Below are positions 22,223-32,141 of a stretch of DNA of 64,000 nt, in pieces. Every line of letters begins with the position of its first letter. Position 1 is the first letter of the stretch. The notes under the pieces were generated by a model that was given only the letters and a program-made list of their open reading frames with translations, searched no databases and had not been told where the DNA came from. The stretch covers positions 224,001-288,000 of the forward strand of contig QMRC01000002.1 of the NCBI GenBank assembly GCA_003649205.1, read 5' to 3'. Source of the DNA: Thermoprotei archaeon. GTDB taxonomy: Archaea; Thermoproteota; Thermoprotei; Thermoproteales; B15-G16. The translations under genes and the position numbers were made by a program.

Positions 22223-22726
22223 CTAACCCTCAACAACAACCCTAACCTTCGTGCCGAACACAGCACTGATAAGTGATTCAAGCTCACGAGGTGAGAAGAT
22301 AGATCTCCTAGCTTCGCGAGCTACTCGAATAACAGTTTCAGAAGTACCATCAGGAAACCACACAACATTAACACCAAGTACAGCAAGTGGCATCACTAGC
22401 TGCTCAATACCTTCCCTAAAACTCGTAGCAACATCCACCACACGTACCATCTTACCTAGCTTATCCTCAAGAACCTTATTTAACTTCATCAGTAAACTCC
22501 TCGAAATACCCCTCAAACCTCTAAGCAACACTACCAGCACTCGATCACTCTCAACACACCTAACATACTCACTGTCTCTCAATTGAGGAAACTGATTCTC
22601 TAGATCCAGTAGTACCTTCATGACCTCCATATCGCGCTCAGTAACCTGACCACTTCTAACCAAACTCTCACACCTAGGACACAAGACACCAGTCCTCAGA
22701 CAAAAGGTACATAGTGGAATTTTCAC
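22223..22726 (-). CDS. Archaeal NusA-like KH protein with N-terminal Zn site
   Basis: MKIPLCTFCLRTGVLCPRC start; VLGVNVVWFPDG. Confidence 0.75.
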   Translation of the reverse strand: MKIPLCTFCLRTGVLCPRCESLVRSGQVTERDMEVMKVLLDLENQFPQLRDSEYVRCVESDRVLVVLLRGLRGISRSLLMKLNKVLEDKLGKMVRVVDVATSFREGIEQLVMPLAVLGVNVVWFPDGTSETVIRVAREARRSIFSPRELESLISAVFGTKVRVVVEG

Positions 22727-22731
22727 GTGAA

Positions 22732-23010
22732 CTACCTCCCGACAATTATTGTCATAGCAGTCTTCCTAAGGTTCTTCCCACCCCTCCCAGGTACAAGCTC
22801 AGTACCAATAATGACCTTCTTAATCAGTAAGTCCTTCATGAAACAGTTCTTAAGTGTTGCGACTACATCAACAGCCTTCGAAATAGCCCTACCCCTAGCC
22901 CTAATCTCAACCTCTGGATAACCCTGGTGAAATAGCGTTAAACAAGCCGTTACGTAAGTCATGACAGGCTTCCTACCAATGATGACACAGGGCTTCCTCA
23001 CACTACTCAT
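22732..23010 (-). CDS. albA: Alba chromatin protein (true start 23010, inside the 241-aa ORF call)
   Basis: IGRKPVMTYV...IRARGRAISKAVDVV. Confidence 0.88.
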   Translation of the reverse strand: MSSVRKPCVIIGRKPVMTYVTACLTLFHQGYPEVEIRARGRAISKAVDVVATLKNCFMKDLLIKKVIIGTELVPGRGGKNLRKTAMTIIVGR

Positions 23011-23155
23011 AACCTTAAACCTCAATTCAAAGCAATACAACAGACTAAGTATTAAAGAAAACCGTAAGTAAGCAAAATCAACACAACATACTGAGTCTAT
23101 GAGGTATAGGTATATATAGCCCTTGACAGAAGAAAAGAAGTGAGGTAGGAGAATT

Positions 23156-23611
23156 ATGCAACTAACAGAAAAACAGATAGCACTTCTTAAGTACCTACTC
23201 GACAAATCCCAACCACTAAAGGTATACACCGTATACATATCACAGGAAGAACTAGCACACGAACTAGGAATAACAAGACAAGCACTCAGCACACACCTAA
23301 GAAAACTCAAAGACCTCGGACTAATAAGAACAGGAAGAGAATTCATAGACGTAACAGAAAGAGCACTAGAAGTACTAGGACTAAAAGCAAGCGACGCCTT
23401 CGTACTAATCAAAGTAGAACCAAAAGCCAGAGGACAGGTATACGGTAGACTCCTCACATTCCCAGTAGAGAAGATCTACAGGGTAACAGGAGACATAGAC
23501 CTAATAGCAGTACTAAGACAATCACACCTCAACGAATTCCTAAAACAAATAAGCAAACTAGAAGGAATAATCTCAACATCAACACACATAGTGATAGAAG
23601 AGCTGAAGTAG
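23156..23611 (+). CDS. Lrp/AsnC-type HTH transcriptional regulator
   Basis: SQEELAHELGITRQALSTHL HTH; RVTGDIDLIA RAM domain. Confidence 0.85.
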   Translation: MQLTEKQIALLKYLLDKSQPLKVYTVYISQEELAHELGITRQALSTHLRKLKDLGLIRTGREFIDVTERALEVLGLKASDAFVLIKVEPKARGQVYGRLLTFPVEKIYRVTGDIDLIAVLRQSHLNEFLKQISKLEGIISTSTHIVIEELK

Positions 23612-23772
23612 TGAAGATAGCTAAAATAGCTAAACATTTACCGCTATAGAGGGAAAGACAACCTTACATTTTTACAGTAGTGAGAGTTGAAGCGATAGTA
23701 CATTGTAGACCCCTAAATTCGTTTTCAAGGAATGTAAGTAGAGGAGCATGAAGAGAAAAACAACCAATACTA

Positions 23773-24807
23773 GTGTTAAGGAGAGGTTGTGTCATTGATG
23801 AGGAATTTCAGGAATTACTACAGAAGCTACTCATAAAGTACAAAACCATCACCGTAGTAACTGAGAGCAATGATCCTTACTACAGACTAGGCTTCTTTCT
23901 TGCAGATGGAGCTAGAGTAGATATACTTCATCACCTACTACATAAATGGGACTTCTGTGTACGCAGTAAGAAGTACTATGTACTTCGCTATATATTGAGA
24001 GATATAGCTCCTATACTGTCCTCATACCCTATCACTCGCATCAGTGCATGGACACAGAGAGGTAGGCAGTACCTCTATGCTAAGTGCATGGTACCTGCTT
24101 CCGAAGCTTTATTCCTCAGAACGATTCTAGGTTTTGCTTATTTGGATAACATGGAGGTAGTGGATACCCTACTACTGTCCTTCATAGACAATGAGGATAA
24201 GTTAGCAAGATTTGTAGCAGGGTTGATAGATGGAGATGGATGCGTGAGGAAGGATCGGTACTACATTGATGTATTCATTCCCTTAAGTAGCCTAGAGGGA
24301 AAGATCGTAGGTAGGATATTGGATCTATTTACTGTGAAGTACAGCACCTTTGAGCAAAGTGGATACACGTACTTTAGGCTGCATATCGGCGAGAACTCTG
24401 ATCTAATGAAGTTAGTAGCCAAATACTTGAGAATTAGCTCAAAGAGGAAGAGATTAAGCAGATTGTTGATGAAGTATGTTGAGGAGGAGAGAACTATAGC
24501 TTTGATAATTGCACAATGTATAAGACTTCGAAGTAAGAAGCCGACAATACTCGTGATAAGTGTTGGTAGAACAATGTTGGTAGAGGATCTAGTTAGCAAG
24601 GTAACGAGATTGCTAAGTAAATTCAACGTGGAGTATACAGTGACAAGTGCAAAGCGTAGAGGTACCTCAAAAATAATTTCAATACCCTGTGGACGGAACC
24701 CAAGTAACGTCACTAAACTTGCGAACTTATCTAGATACTATGGTATTCAGTATCCGATAGCACTAAAACAGGTAGCAAAACGAGTAGGTGTAGAGCTACC
24801 GGAGTAG
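23773..24807 (+). CDS. Free-standing LAGLIDADG homing-endonuclease-like protein
   Basis: RLGFFLADG and FVAGLIDGDG motifs; composition differs from the flanks. Confidence 0.75.
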   Translation: MLRRGCVIDEEFQELLQKLLIKYKTITVVTESNDPYYRLGFFLADGARVDILHHLLHKWDFCVRSKKYYVLRYILRDIAPILSSYPITRISAWTQRGRQYLYAKCMVPASEALFLRTILGFAYLDNMEVVDTLLLSFIDNEDKLARFVAGLIDGDGCVRKDRYYIDVFIPLSSLEGKIVGRILDLFTVKYSTFEQSGYTYFRLHIGENSDLMKLVAKYLRISSKRKRLSRLLMKYVEEERTIALIIAQCIRLRSKKPTILVISVGRTMLVEDLVSKVTRLLSKFNVEYTVTSAKRRGTSKIISIPCGRNPSNVTKLANLSRYYGIQYPIALKQVAKRVGVELPE

Positions 24808-24901
24808 TGAAATTCACTAGACTAGCTACCTCGCGTACTTCATGTGTAAAACGTTAAAATGGGGATAGTTGTAGAAGTAGACGAAGTGAACGTAAGGTAT
24901 G

Positions 24902-24977
24902 GGCCCCGTCGTCTAGCGGCAAGGATGCCCGCCTGACGCGCGGGAGGTCCCGGGTTCGAATCCCGGCGGGGCCACCA
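24902..24977 (+). tRNA. tRNA-Val(GAC)
   Basis: CCCGC-CT-GAC-GC-GCGGG; encoded CCA. Confidence 0.96.
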
Positions 24978-25021
24978 CTTTTCTTCTTGTGTGGTAGGTG
25001 TATTAGCTACTTCTCACTTCT

Positions 25022-25639
25022 GTGTACTTGATGGGGGTTGGTATTTACATTGCTTTTGAGGGTATTGATGGTTGTGGTAAGACCTACCACTCAGGTAGGG
25101 TCTATAGGAAGCTGCTTGATCTCGGTATTGATGCTGTATTGGTACGTGAACCGTACTATCCTGAACTACGTGAAGCGATAATGAGGAGGGTGTGGAATCC
25201 AGTATCTGAAGCTCTACTCTTCACTGCTGATAGGATTCAGCTTCAGTTAGAGATCATTGAGGATGCACTGAGGAGTGGTAAGGTTGTGATTAGTGATAGA
25301 TCTGTCTACGCTACGTTAGCGTATCAAGCAGCTAGAGGAGTACCACGGCAACTACTGAATTTCCTCTATGAGCTAATACCCATCAAGCCGCATCTAGTAA
25401 TTCTACTCGATGTACCTGTTGAGATTGCTCTAGCTAGAGTTAGGGAAAGTGGTCGTGAAGTTACGAGGTTTGAATCCATGGACCTACTTGAACGAGTGAG
25501 AGAAGAGTACCTTAGACTAGCTAGTGAACTACCTAATAAGTTCATCGTAGTGGATAGTGGTAGGGATGTGGAGTTAGTTGAGCAGGAGGTGTGGAGTCAC
25601 GTACTTAGATTCCTCAAGGAGAAGGGAGTTGTCGAGTGA
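25022..25639 (+). CDS. tmk: Thymidylate kinase
   Basis: FEGIDGCGKT, REP, SDRS...AYQ motifs. Confidence 0.93.
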   Translation: MYLMGVGIYIAFEGIDGCGKTYHSGRVYRKLLDLGIDAVLVREPYYPELREAIMRRVWNPVSEALLFTADRIQLQLEIIEDALRSGKVVISDRSVYATLAYQAARGVPRQLLNFLYELIPIKPHLVILLDVPVEIALARVRESGREVTRFESMDLLERVREEYLRLASELPNKFIVVDSGRDVELVEQEVWSHVLRFLKEKGVVE

Positions 25640-25686
25640 TACAGAAATCGGTAAAACCTTAAAATCCACAATAACCCTACTACATA

Positions 25687-25764
25687 GGGGCCGTCGGCTA
25701 GCCTGGACTAGGCTGCACGGCTCGGGCCCGTGTGACCCGGGTTCAAATCCCGGCGGCCCCACCA
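25687..25764 (+). tRNA. tRNA-Pro(CGG)
   Basis: CACGG-CT-CGG-GC-CCGTG; encoded CCA. Confidence 0.95.
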
Positions 25765-25782
25765 GGTAGAGGAGGTACTTCC

Positions 25783-26058
25783 ATGACCTCTCTCGCACCT
25801 AAAATTGATCACAGTAAGTGCATCGGGTGTGGTATCTGCTTCTTCGTCTGTCCCACTAATCCCAAGGTATTTCAACCCTGTAGAGGATTGTCTTGGGTTG
25901 TTCATCCTGAAGCCTGTACAGGATGTGGACGCTGTGTCAAGTACTGCCCAGTACACGCAATAGAGCTAGTACCTCTTGAGCATGCAGGACCAAAACTACC
26001 AAGAGACTTCATAGGAGAAGTTGTTATAGGGAAGTTAATCGGGAAAGTGAAGCAGTGA
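25783..26058 (+). CDS. 2[4Fe-4S] ferredoxin-like protein
   Basis: CIGCGICFFVCP and CTGCGRCVKYCP; GAGGAGG SD before ATG 25783. Confidence 0.9.
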   Translation: MTSLAPKIDHSKCIGCGICFFVCPTNPKVFQPCRGLSWVVHPEACTGCGRCVKYCPVHAIELVPLEHAGPKLPRDFIGEVVIGKLIGKVKQ

Positions 26059-26104
26059 TGAGGAGTACCCTCGCCAGATAGGTGAAGAGTAGCCCAGTAG
26101 CTGA
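26055..26104 (+). ncRNA. Box C/D guide sRNA candidate (C box includes the ferredoxin stop codon)
   Basis: GTGATGA-GGAGTACCCTCGC-CAGA-tagg-TGAAGA-GTAGCCCAGTAG-CTGA. Confidence 0.8.
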
Positions 26105-26245
26105 CTAACTAGAGAAACTAGACCCCGCTTAATTACATCAGCTTACAGCTAGTTCATAAGGAGAGACCTCCTAAGGGGAAAGGTAGTATGAGGTGAGAGC
26201 AGAAGAAGTAAACTCTATAAATACAGATAGACAACACAAGGGATA

Positions 26246-26337
26246 GGGCCCGTAGCTCAGCCTGGTAGAGCGGCGGGCTTTTAATCACGTGAGAAGAAAC
26301 CCGCAGGACCCGGGTTCAAATCCCGGCGGGCCCGCCA
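26246..26337 (+). tRNA. tRNA-Lys(UUU) with 15-nt intron at 37/38 (26284-26298)
   Basis: GCGGG-CT-TTT-A[ATCACGTGAGAAGAA]A-CCCGC; encoded CCA. Confidence 0.93.
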
Positions 26338-26626
26338 TATCCCCTACAACTTCCTCTCTAAATATCACAGAGTTCGGACAATAGGTCCTCCCTCAATGTC
26401 CTTGCTGAGCCTCTTAACCCCTTAAGGTCTTAGTTTCTCTTGATGCTCCTGTCATCCTTCATTGCTCCTATGGAGTGAGTTGCTGTTGCTGTCGTGAATG
26501 CTGATGGTGTTACCGCTACTTGGACCGTAAATGGGTTTACTGCTGTGAGCATGTATTGTTGTGGTTGGTGTCTTGGTTTTGAAGATAGGAGGAAATATTT
26601 TCGAGTTTTACGTGGTGTGATTTAGT

Positions 26627-27436
26627 ATGTGTAGTCTTGAGGTTGCTAGGTTGCTCTGTTCTGATCAGGATGTGAAGAAGGTTCTCTCAATGTACTTTCC
26701 GGATCTCATGAGTAGGGTGGGAATTAGGTTACCGAAGCTCTCTCCATGTGATGCACATCTAAACTATGCGTACAGGATTGTGGTTTTGCTGTCTCTACTG
26801 AATGAGTTTGTTAGGTGTGGTGGTGAGTTTACAACGTACACTATATCAGGTACCTCATTGAGTAGAGGTGATGTCATTGATTTGACACCTATTGTACCGA
26901 ATACAGCAACTACAGATCTCGATCTCGCACTTAAGAGGTTGATTCCTGTTGCTACTGTTGAGTTGGGTGGTAGGTCATTCTCGATCTGGTACAGTACCCT
27001 CTACCCATGTACGTTGAGTCCCTCCATAGTTGATATACTAGTTGTCCCCTGTACTGCTACTCTAGAGGTTTCGTACCACGGTAGTCAACCTATTGTGTAC
27101 TGGGTGAGTACTATTGATGAGGAAGGTAGGAAGCTTCCTATGGCTTGTGTTGTTAGGTCGCTTAGACCTGATTCTGTGTTTCAGTACTTCACCTATGTGG
27201 TACCTTCGTGGAGTATGAAGCATGTTGTTATTTGGTGTCAGTGTACTAGACCTAGTAGGAGGAGGATCGATCTCTTGATTAAGTTCTCCGAAGCTAATCC
27301 TAGGGGGTGTATTGCTGTTGCTCCACCCGGTGTTGATGTTCCTAGGGTTGAGGCAGTGTACTACTTGCAGGATTCAGGTGATCTAGAGTACTTGCGTTCA
27401 CAGTTACTGAGTAGTGTTAGGAGATTGCTTAGGTGA
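26627..27436 (+). CDS. Hypothetical protein
   Basis: 269-aa ORF with SD and ATG; no recognised motif. Confidence 0.6.
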   Translation: MCSLEVARLLCSDQDVKKVLSMYFPDLMSRVGIRLPKLSPCDAHLNYAYRIVVLLSLLNEFVRCGGEFTTYTISGTSLSRGDVIDLTPIVPNTATTDLDLALKRLIPVATVELGGRSFSIWYSTLYPCTLSPSIVDILVVPCTATLEVSYHGSQPIVYWVSTIDEEGRKLPMACVVRSLRPDSVFQYFTYVVPSWSMKHVVIWCQCTRPSRRRIDLLIKFSEANPRGCIAVAPPGVDVPRVEAVYYLQDSGDLEYLRSQLLSSVRRLLR

Positions 27437-28039
27437 TTTAGCTCTTTGCCTTACGTACTTACCCAGTAGCAGTGCCCTATTGAGTACGAAGAGCTTCTCC
27501 TTCTCGATATCTACTTCGTAACCTGCTTCGATAGAGGACAGTAGGTAGTAGATTTCAGCAACTGCATCACTTAGTAGGAAGAGGTCTCCTACTTCACGTG
27601 GTTCGAGTGAGAGTAGTTCGGTGAGTAGTGTCCTCAATGTAGCTGTGTCCAGTGTTCCCTTGCTCAACATGGTCATTACTTCACAGTACGTGTTCAGTAG
27701 TGCTGTTGCTATTTCCTCGCTAACTACTTCCTCTCCACTAAGTAGCTTTAGCATGTACTTGAAGTAGGGGACGTGGTATCGAGGTATGTACTCAGTACCC
27801 TGTAGGAGCTTTAGGTATGGATTCACTACATCGGAGTACGTAGCAGTCAATTGCTTCAACACGTTCACGACTTTACTTCTCAGCTCCATATCGTTCAGTA
27901 GGAGTGAAGCTATGTAACATTCAATCAGCAGGTCAACTAACTCAACGACATCACCTACCTCACCTCTACTCACACTATTCAGTACCTTGGTACTTAGGTC
28001 CTTCAGTAGCTCTCTAACGTCACTCATTGATAGGTACAT
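27404..28039 (-). CDS. Hypothetical alpha-helical protein
   Basis: 211-aa Leu/Glu-rich ORF. Confidence 0.6.
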   Translation of the reverse strand: MYLSMSDVRELLKDLSTKVLNSVSRGEVGDVVELVDLLIECYIASLLLNDMELRSKVVNVLKQLTATYSDVVNPYLKLLQGTEYIPRYHVPYFKYMLKLLSGEEVVSEEIATALLNTYCEVMTMLSKGTLDTATLRTLLTELLSLEPREVGDLFLLSDAVAEIYYLLSSIEAGYEVDIEKEKLFVLNRALLLGKYVRQRAKSPKQSPNTTQ

Positions 28040-28090
28040 AGTTAGTACGAGTGATTACTTTTTAGGTGAGTAATTTATGTGTGGTCTGTA

Positions 28091-28145
28091 GTGATGAGAA
28101 CCACCGGAGCTTAGTTTCTAGGTGCTGAGAGAGTCCCGCGCCTGA
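28091..28145 (+). ncRNA. Box C/D guide sRNA candidate
   Basis: GTGATGA-GAACCACCGGAG-CTTA...TGCTGA-GAGAGTCCCGCGC-CTGA; TTTAT promoter upstream. Confidence 0.7.
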
Positions 28146-28200
28146 TCTAGGGAAAAGGAAAATAACTGCCGTGTCCTTTCCAACTCTAGGTGGTGTCAAT

Positions 28201-28461
28201 ATGGAGATCAAGATTACTCTTCGAACAGATGCTCCTGCTAGAGATGTTGTATCTCTGATACTCGATAAGGCTAGGAATGCTAAGAGACTTGGTGAGAATG
28301 CTGTTGTAATATTGGATGATCAGGGTAACATAGTTGCTACCGTAGTGGTGAATCAGATTGAGGATAGTTTAACGGAGGTTACTGTCAAGGCTTCGAAGTA
28401 TACTGATGTCTTGGATTTACTTCAGAGTGAAGTAAGTGCTGAGGTTACTAATGTTGAGTAG
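28201..28461 (+). CDS. Hypothetical protein
   Basis: GGTG SD before ATG 28201; operon start. Confidence 0.6.
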   Translation: MEIKITLRTDAPARDVVSLILDKARNAKRLGENAVVILDDQGNIVATVVVNQIEDSLTEVTVKASKYTDVLDLLQSEVSAEVTNVE

Positions 28462-28828
28462 TTCTAGGGTTCTACGTCTAGGTGATTACGAGGTTACTAT
28501 CGAGCTTCTTCCAGGTACATCGAGTATCGACTTTGAGAATGCTGTTTCCATCATTCGTGAGGTTGCTAGTGTTGCTAGTGCGTACGTAGTACCTCTTGAT
28601 CGTAGGATCGTAGCTACTGTCGATACGACGAAGGTTAAGATGAAGCTTCTGTTTAGGGAGATGGATGCTCAGTTCTTTATCACTTTACTCGAGCTATTTG
28701 ACTACCTATACGTGTACTCTATGAAGGTTACTGATCATGTTATTGAGCTAGTTATTGACTTGGGTGCAGCTGACGTTATTAAGGAGTTTACTCGTGGTTC
28801 TATGGAGTGTGAAGGACGTGGTTACTGA
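28451..28828 (+). CDS. Hypothetical protein
   Basis: Overlaps both neighbours as in an operon. Confidence 0.55.
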   Translation: MLSSSRVLRLGDYEVTIELLPGTSSIDFENAVSIIREVASVASAYVVPLDRRIVATVDTTKVKMKLLFREMDAQFFITLLELFDYLYVYSMKVTDHVIELVIDLGAADVIKEFTRGSMECEGRGY

Positions 28829-29771
28829 TATTGAGGTTAGGAAGGTTCAGGAAATTAAGGGTTCCCTCTACGTATCACTTCCTCGTGAGTGGGCTAAGAG
28901 ATTCGGCATTGTCAAGGGATCTCTCGTTCTCTTAGAGGCTTCACCAGATGGAATTCTCGTAGTTAGACCGTGGCGAGATGAACAGGTTATTGATAGTAGT
29001 ACAGAGTTGCGTAAGGTATCTGTCATAGCTGATCAGTATCTATCAAGGAAACTCGTGTCGTACTACTTACTTGGCTTCGATGTGATTGAAGTTAGGATTA
29101 GGCCAGAGGTAGGTGAAGTAGCTAGGAAGTGCATTGATGAGATGTTGAAGCTCCTTCCCGGTCTTGAGATCGTTGAGGAGAGTAAGGATGCTATTGTTCT
29201 TCAGTGCTTCACCGATACTGGTGGTAGTGAGGTAAGTAAGTTAATTCAGAGAATGATTAATGTTGTTGCGAAGATGCTATACTCAGTACTTGAGTACTTC
29301 GAGACAGGTAGAAAGGAATGTCTCGAAGATATCTTGAGGAGGGATTACTTAGTCGATAGAGCTTACTTCCTAGTTGTTAGAGGAATTCGAAAAGCGCTAC
29401 GTAGTAGAGCTAATTTCGATCCTCTTAAGTTACTGGACTATAGATTGCTAGCTATGATAATTGAGCAGATTGGTGATCTATGTAAGGAATTTGCTAAATT
29501 TGCATTGACTAGAGACTACAATGAGTTGAGTTCTGAGGCTATTACTAGGTTTAGGTCTGTAGTTGATGTCCTCGTCTCTGCACTGCGTAAGTGTATTCAG
29601 ATTTATGAGAGGTGTGATGTAGCTGAATTAACGAAGCTTATTTCCGAGCTAAGTCGTGTAGAGAGCGAGTTAGAGAAATTAAGTTGTTTATGTTGTGAGT
29701 TAGCTAACTTACTACATCGTGTAGAGAAGTTGGTAGGTGATGCTCTAGACCTAGTACCGTACAGAACCTAG
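28818..29771 (+). CDS. AbrB/PhoU-domain phosphate uptake regulator
   Basis: RKVQ..GSLYVSLPREW AbrB N-terminus; PhoU-like DYLVDRAY and IEQIGD. Confidence 0.85.
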   Translation: MVTDIEVRKVQEIKGSLYVSLPREWAKRFGIVKGSLVLLEASPDGILVVRPWRDEQVIDSSTELRKVSVIADQYLSRKLVSYYLLGFDVIEVRIRPEVGEVARKCIDEMLKLLPGLEIVEESKDAIVLQCFTDTGGSEVSKLIQRMINVVAKMLYSVLEYFETGRKECLEDILRRDYLVDRAYFLVVRGIRKALRSRANFDPLKLLDYRLLAMIIEQIGDLCKEFAKFALTRDYNELSSEAITRFRSVVDVLVSALRKCIQIYERCDVAELTKLISELSRVESELEKLSCLCCELANLLHRVEKLVGDALDLVPYRT

Positions 29772-30943
29772 GTAGCGTAACCTTCTCTCACTAGCTTTGT
29801 TGCTAAATCGATGAACTTCTCCCTTCTCCTCCTATGCTCTTCTAACCACTTCAGTATGATCTCAGCAGCCTCCCTCTTGCACTCACCACATAGTCTCTTA
29901 CCTGTCACACACTCCTCATAGATCTTCAGCAACTTACTATCGTCCTCAACGAAGTGAAACATCAGTACCTCGTAAACACAGCAAATCTCCGGTACACCAC
30001 CTTTCTCACGCTGCTCCTTAGCTGTTGGTCTACCACCTGTAAATGCATTCATTATCTTGAACTTCACACTCTCTAGCTCTTCCGTCAGGGTGAACATACC
30101 CATTGGGTTTCTCTTAGACATCTTCTTCTCTCCTGTTAAAGACCTCATTAACCTATGGTATGTAGCGCTAGGAAGCTCAAAGCCATAGATTGACCTGTAC
30201 TTCTGAGCTATATCTCTAGCAAATCTAATGTGTGGGTCCTGATCCGCACCTACAGGAATGACTGTTGGCTTTGGTCCACCGAAGTCTGGGTGTTGTGGTA
30301 GTAGTATGTCAGCTACCTGAATTATGGCTGAGAGGTATAGTCCGAAGTGTCTCGGGCCGTAGATAGCTTCTAGGAGGTTCATTGATACTCCACGAGCGAA
30401 TACTGTTGCCATCTGAAGTACTCTCCTCTCTCTGGATTGCCTATAGACGTAGACTCTCTTAGGATCTAGACCTAGTGCGAGTACGTCAGCTATGTTGCTG
30501 ATAGCTATCTCCTCAGCTTTGTCAAATGGTATACCATTGTCATTCCAAGCCTCTACATCAGCTATGCAGTAGAATGCCATTGCTTTGTTAGAGAGCTTCT
30601 GAAAGAATATTATTTCCTCTGCTGTGAGCTTAGTACCGAGATGGAAGTCACCTGTAGGCTTTATACCGGATAGAACTGCGTACTCTTCACCCTCTTTGAT
30701 AGCCTTAAGTATCTTCTGGAGATCTCTATGACCGAAAATTATCTTCCTTCGAATTAACCTGTGCTTAATTGGGAACTCGTCAATTAGAGGATCTATTGGT
30801 TCAACACCAAATTGCTCAAATAGCTTGCTATAGTCTTCAATAGCTGTTTCTCCCCAGGGATCAATTACTAACTTTCGTTCCACAATATGGGTACACCTCC
30901 TCGTATAGGTGGGGAGGTACTTGGTTATTTTTGAATTACTCAA
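29768..30943 (-). CDS. trpS: Tryptophan--tRNA ligase
   Basis: PTGDFHLG, PVGADQDPH, KMSK, AFTGGR. Confidence 0.95.
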   Translation of the reverse strand: MSNSKITKYLPTYTRRCTHIVERKLVIDPWGETAIEDYSKLFEQFGVEPIDPLIDEFPIKHRLIRRKIIFGHRDLQKILKAIKEGEEYAVLSGIKPTGDFHLGTKLTAEEIIFFQKLSNKAMAFYCIADVEAWNDNGIPFDKAEEIAISNIADVLALGLDPKRVYVYRQSRERRVLQMATVFARGVSMNLLEAIYGPRHFGLYLSAIIQVADILLPQHPDFGGPKPTVIPVGADQDPHIRFARDIAQKYRSIYGFELPSATYHRLMRSLTGEKKMSKRNPMGMFTLTEELESVKFKIMNAFTGGRPTAKEQREKGGVPEICCVYEVLMFHFVEDDSKLLKIYEECVTGKRLCGECKREAAEIILKWLEEHRRRREKFIDLATKLVREGYAT

Positions 30944-30964
30944 GAGTTGGAATAACTCACACCA

Positions 30965-32137
30965 TTACTGACTCATGGCGATATCTAGATACGTTCTCAA
31001 GTGTCTACTAGCTACTACTGACCAGTGAGTTCTCCTCACAAATTCACTTAATGTAGGTCTGATCTTCTTGAGTATGTAGCTGTAGTTCTCAAGTACATAA
31101 GATACCATGGATGCTATCTCTCTCGGGTCAGCTAGTGAGACAACTAGTTCTGGAACTAGTTCATAGTACTCGACCAATCTAGGTACCTTGGTGCACACTA
31201 TTGGCTTTAGTGAACTAGCTACCGTATGTAGCATACCACTAACACCTAAGTGGCCTCTGTACTCCCTATACGGTAGTACGATGACATCAGCTAGCGCAGC
31301 AAGTGCTAGCAGTTCGTCCCTAGTCAAGTACCTACCAATCATGACTGCTGATACCTTACCACTAGGCACGAGGTACTTACTCAGTTTCTCGAAAACAGCA
31401 ACACCATCACTACCCTGTGGTGTACCTGCGGTGACCACAGTGCAGTTTTCGTGGAGTTCCTTAGCTAAGTACTTAACTAGCTCAGGTACGACATCAGTAC
31501 CTTTATCCCACCTGATGAAGCCGGGAATGAAGATCACATAGGTGTTGACCGCAGCCTTTAGACCGAGTAGCTCACATAGTTCCTCTCGTTTATAGTTAAT
31601 GAATGGATTGTGAGGTGTTCCGTGAGGAATCACGACAATCTTATCTACATCAACTCCTTGGTGAAGTAGCTCAAATTCCTGTAGCTTACTGTGTACAATC
31701 AGTAAATCGACGTACCTACAGAGCTTCAACTGATACTTAACGTACTCCCTACCCTTAACCACGTGGTACACGGTATGCATTGTCATGACTATACTACGGC
31801 ATTTCTTCCTTAACTCGCTCAGGAACTTTAGAAATTCCTCTGAGAATGGTGGGTGGTGAACGTATTCGTGCTGAATGTGCGCTATGTCGTGGTTGGGCAC
31901 CCTACGTAGTACGTCAATTGCTCTATCATACTTACCCTTACCTACCACGAATACCGGTTCTACCGTAGCCTCGGTACCATAGTCGTGAGATCTCTCTGAA
32001 TCCTCATTAGCGAGTATAGTTACTTCTCTAATGTACCTATGCCTCGATATCAGCTTCAAATGCATCAATAGACTATGTGTGTACTCAGCTATCCCACATG
32101 GTGTGGGGGGATAAGTTGATAGGAGTAGTAACTTCAT
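30965..32137 (-). CDS. GT4 glycosyltransferase
   Basis: STYPPTPCGIAEY, GFIRWDKG, ADVIVLPY. Confidence 0.85.
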   Translation of the reverse strand: MKLLLLSTYPPTPCGIAEYTHSLLMHLKLISRHRYIREVTILANEDSERSHDYGTEATVEPVFVVGKGKYDRAIDVLRRVPNHDIAHIQHEYVHHPPFSEEFLKFLSELRKKCRSIVMTMHTVYHVVKGREYVKYQLKLCRYVDLLIVHSKLQEFELLHQGVDVDKIVVIPHGTPHNPFINYKREELCELLGLKAAVNTYVIFIPGFIRWDKGTDVVPELVKYLAKELHENCTVVTAGTPQGSDGVAVFEKLSKYLVPSGKVSAVMIGRYLTRDELLALAALADVIVLPYREYRGHLGVSGMLHTVASSLKPIVCTKVPRLVEYYELVPELVVSLADPREIASMVSYVLENYSYILKKIRPTLSEFVRRTHWSVVASRHLRTYLDIAMSQ

Positions 32138-32141
32138 GATC

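Noticed and set aside
23011-23457. N-terminal 149 aa of the 241-aa ORF containing Alba
   Set aside because: Shadow of the plus-strand Lrp gene caused by stop-poor skewed DNA; Alba starts at 23010.
25574-25956. Short ORFs overlapping tRNA-Pro and the ferredoxin
   Set aside because: Translations of tRNA sequence or antisense shadows.
26108-26440. Imperfect inverted repeat AGAGAAACTA(A)GACC on both sides of tRNA-Lys
   Set aside because: Short and expected from the purine/pyrimidine skew flip; no transposase or target duplication.
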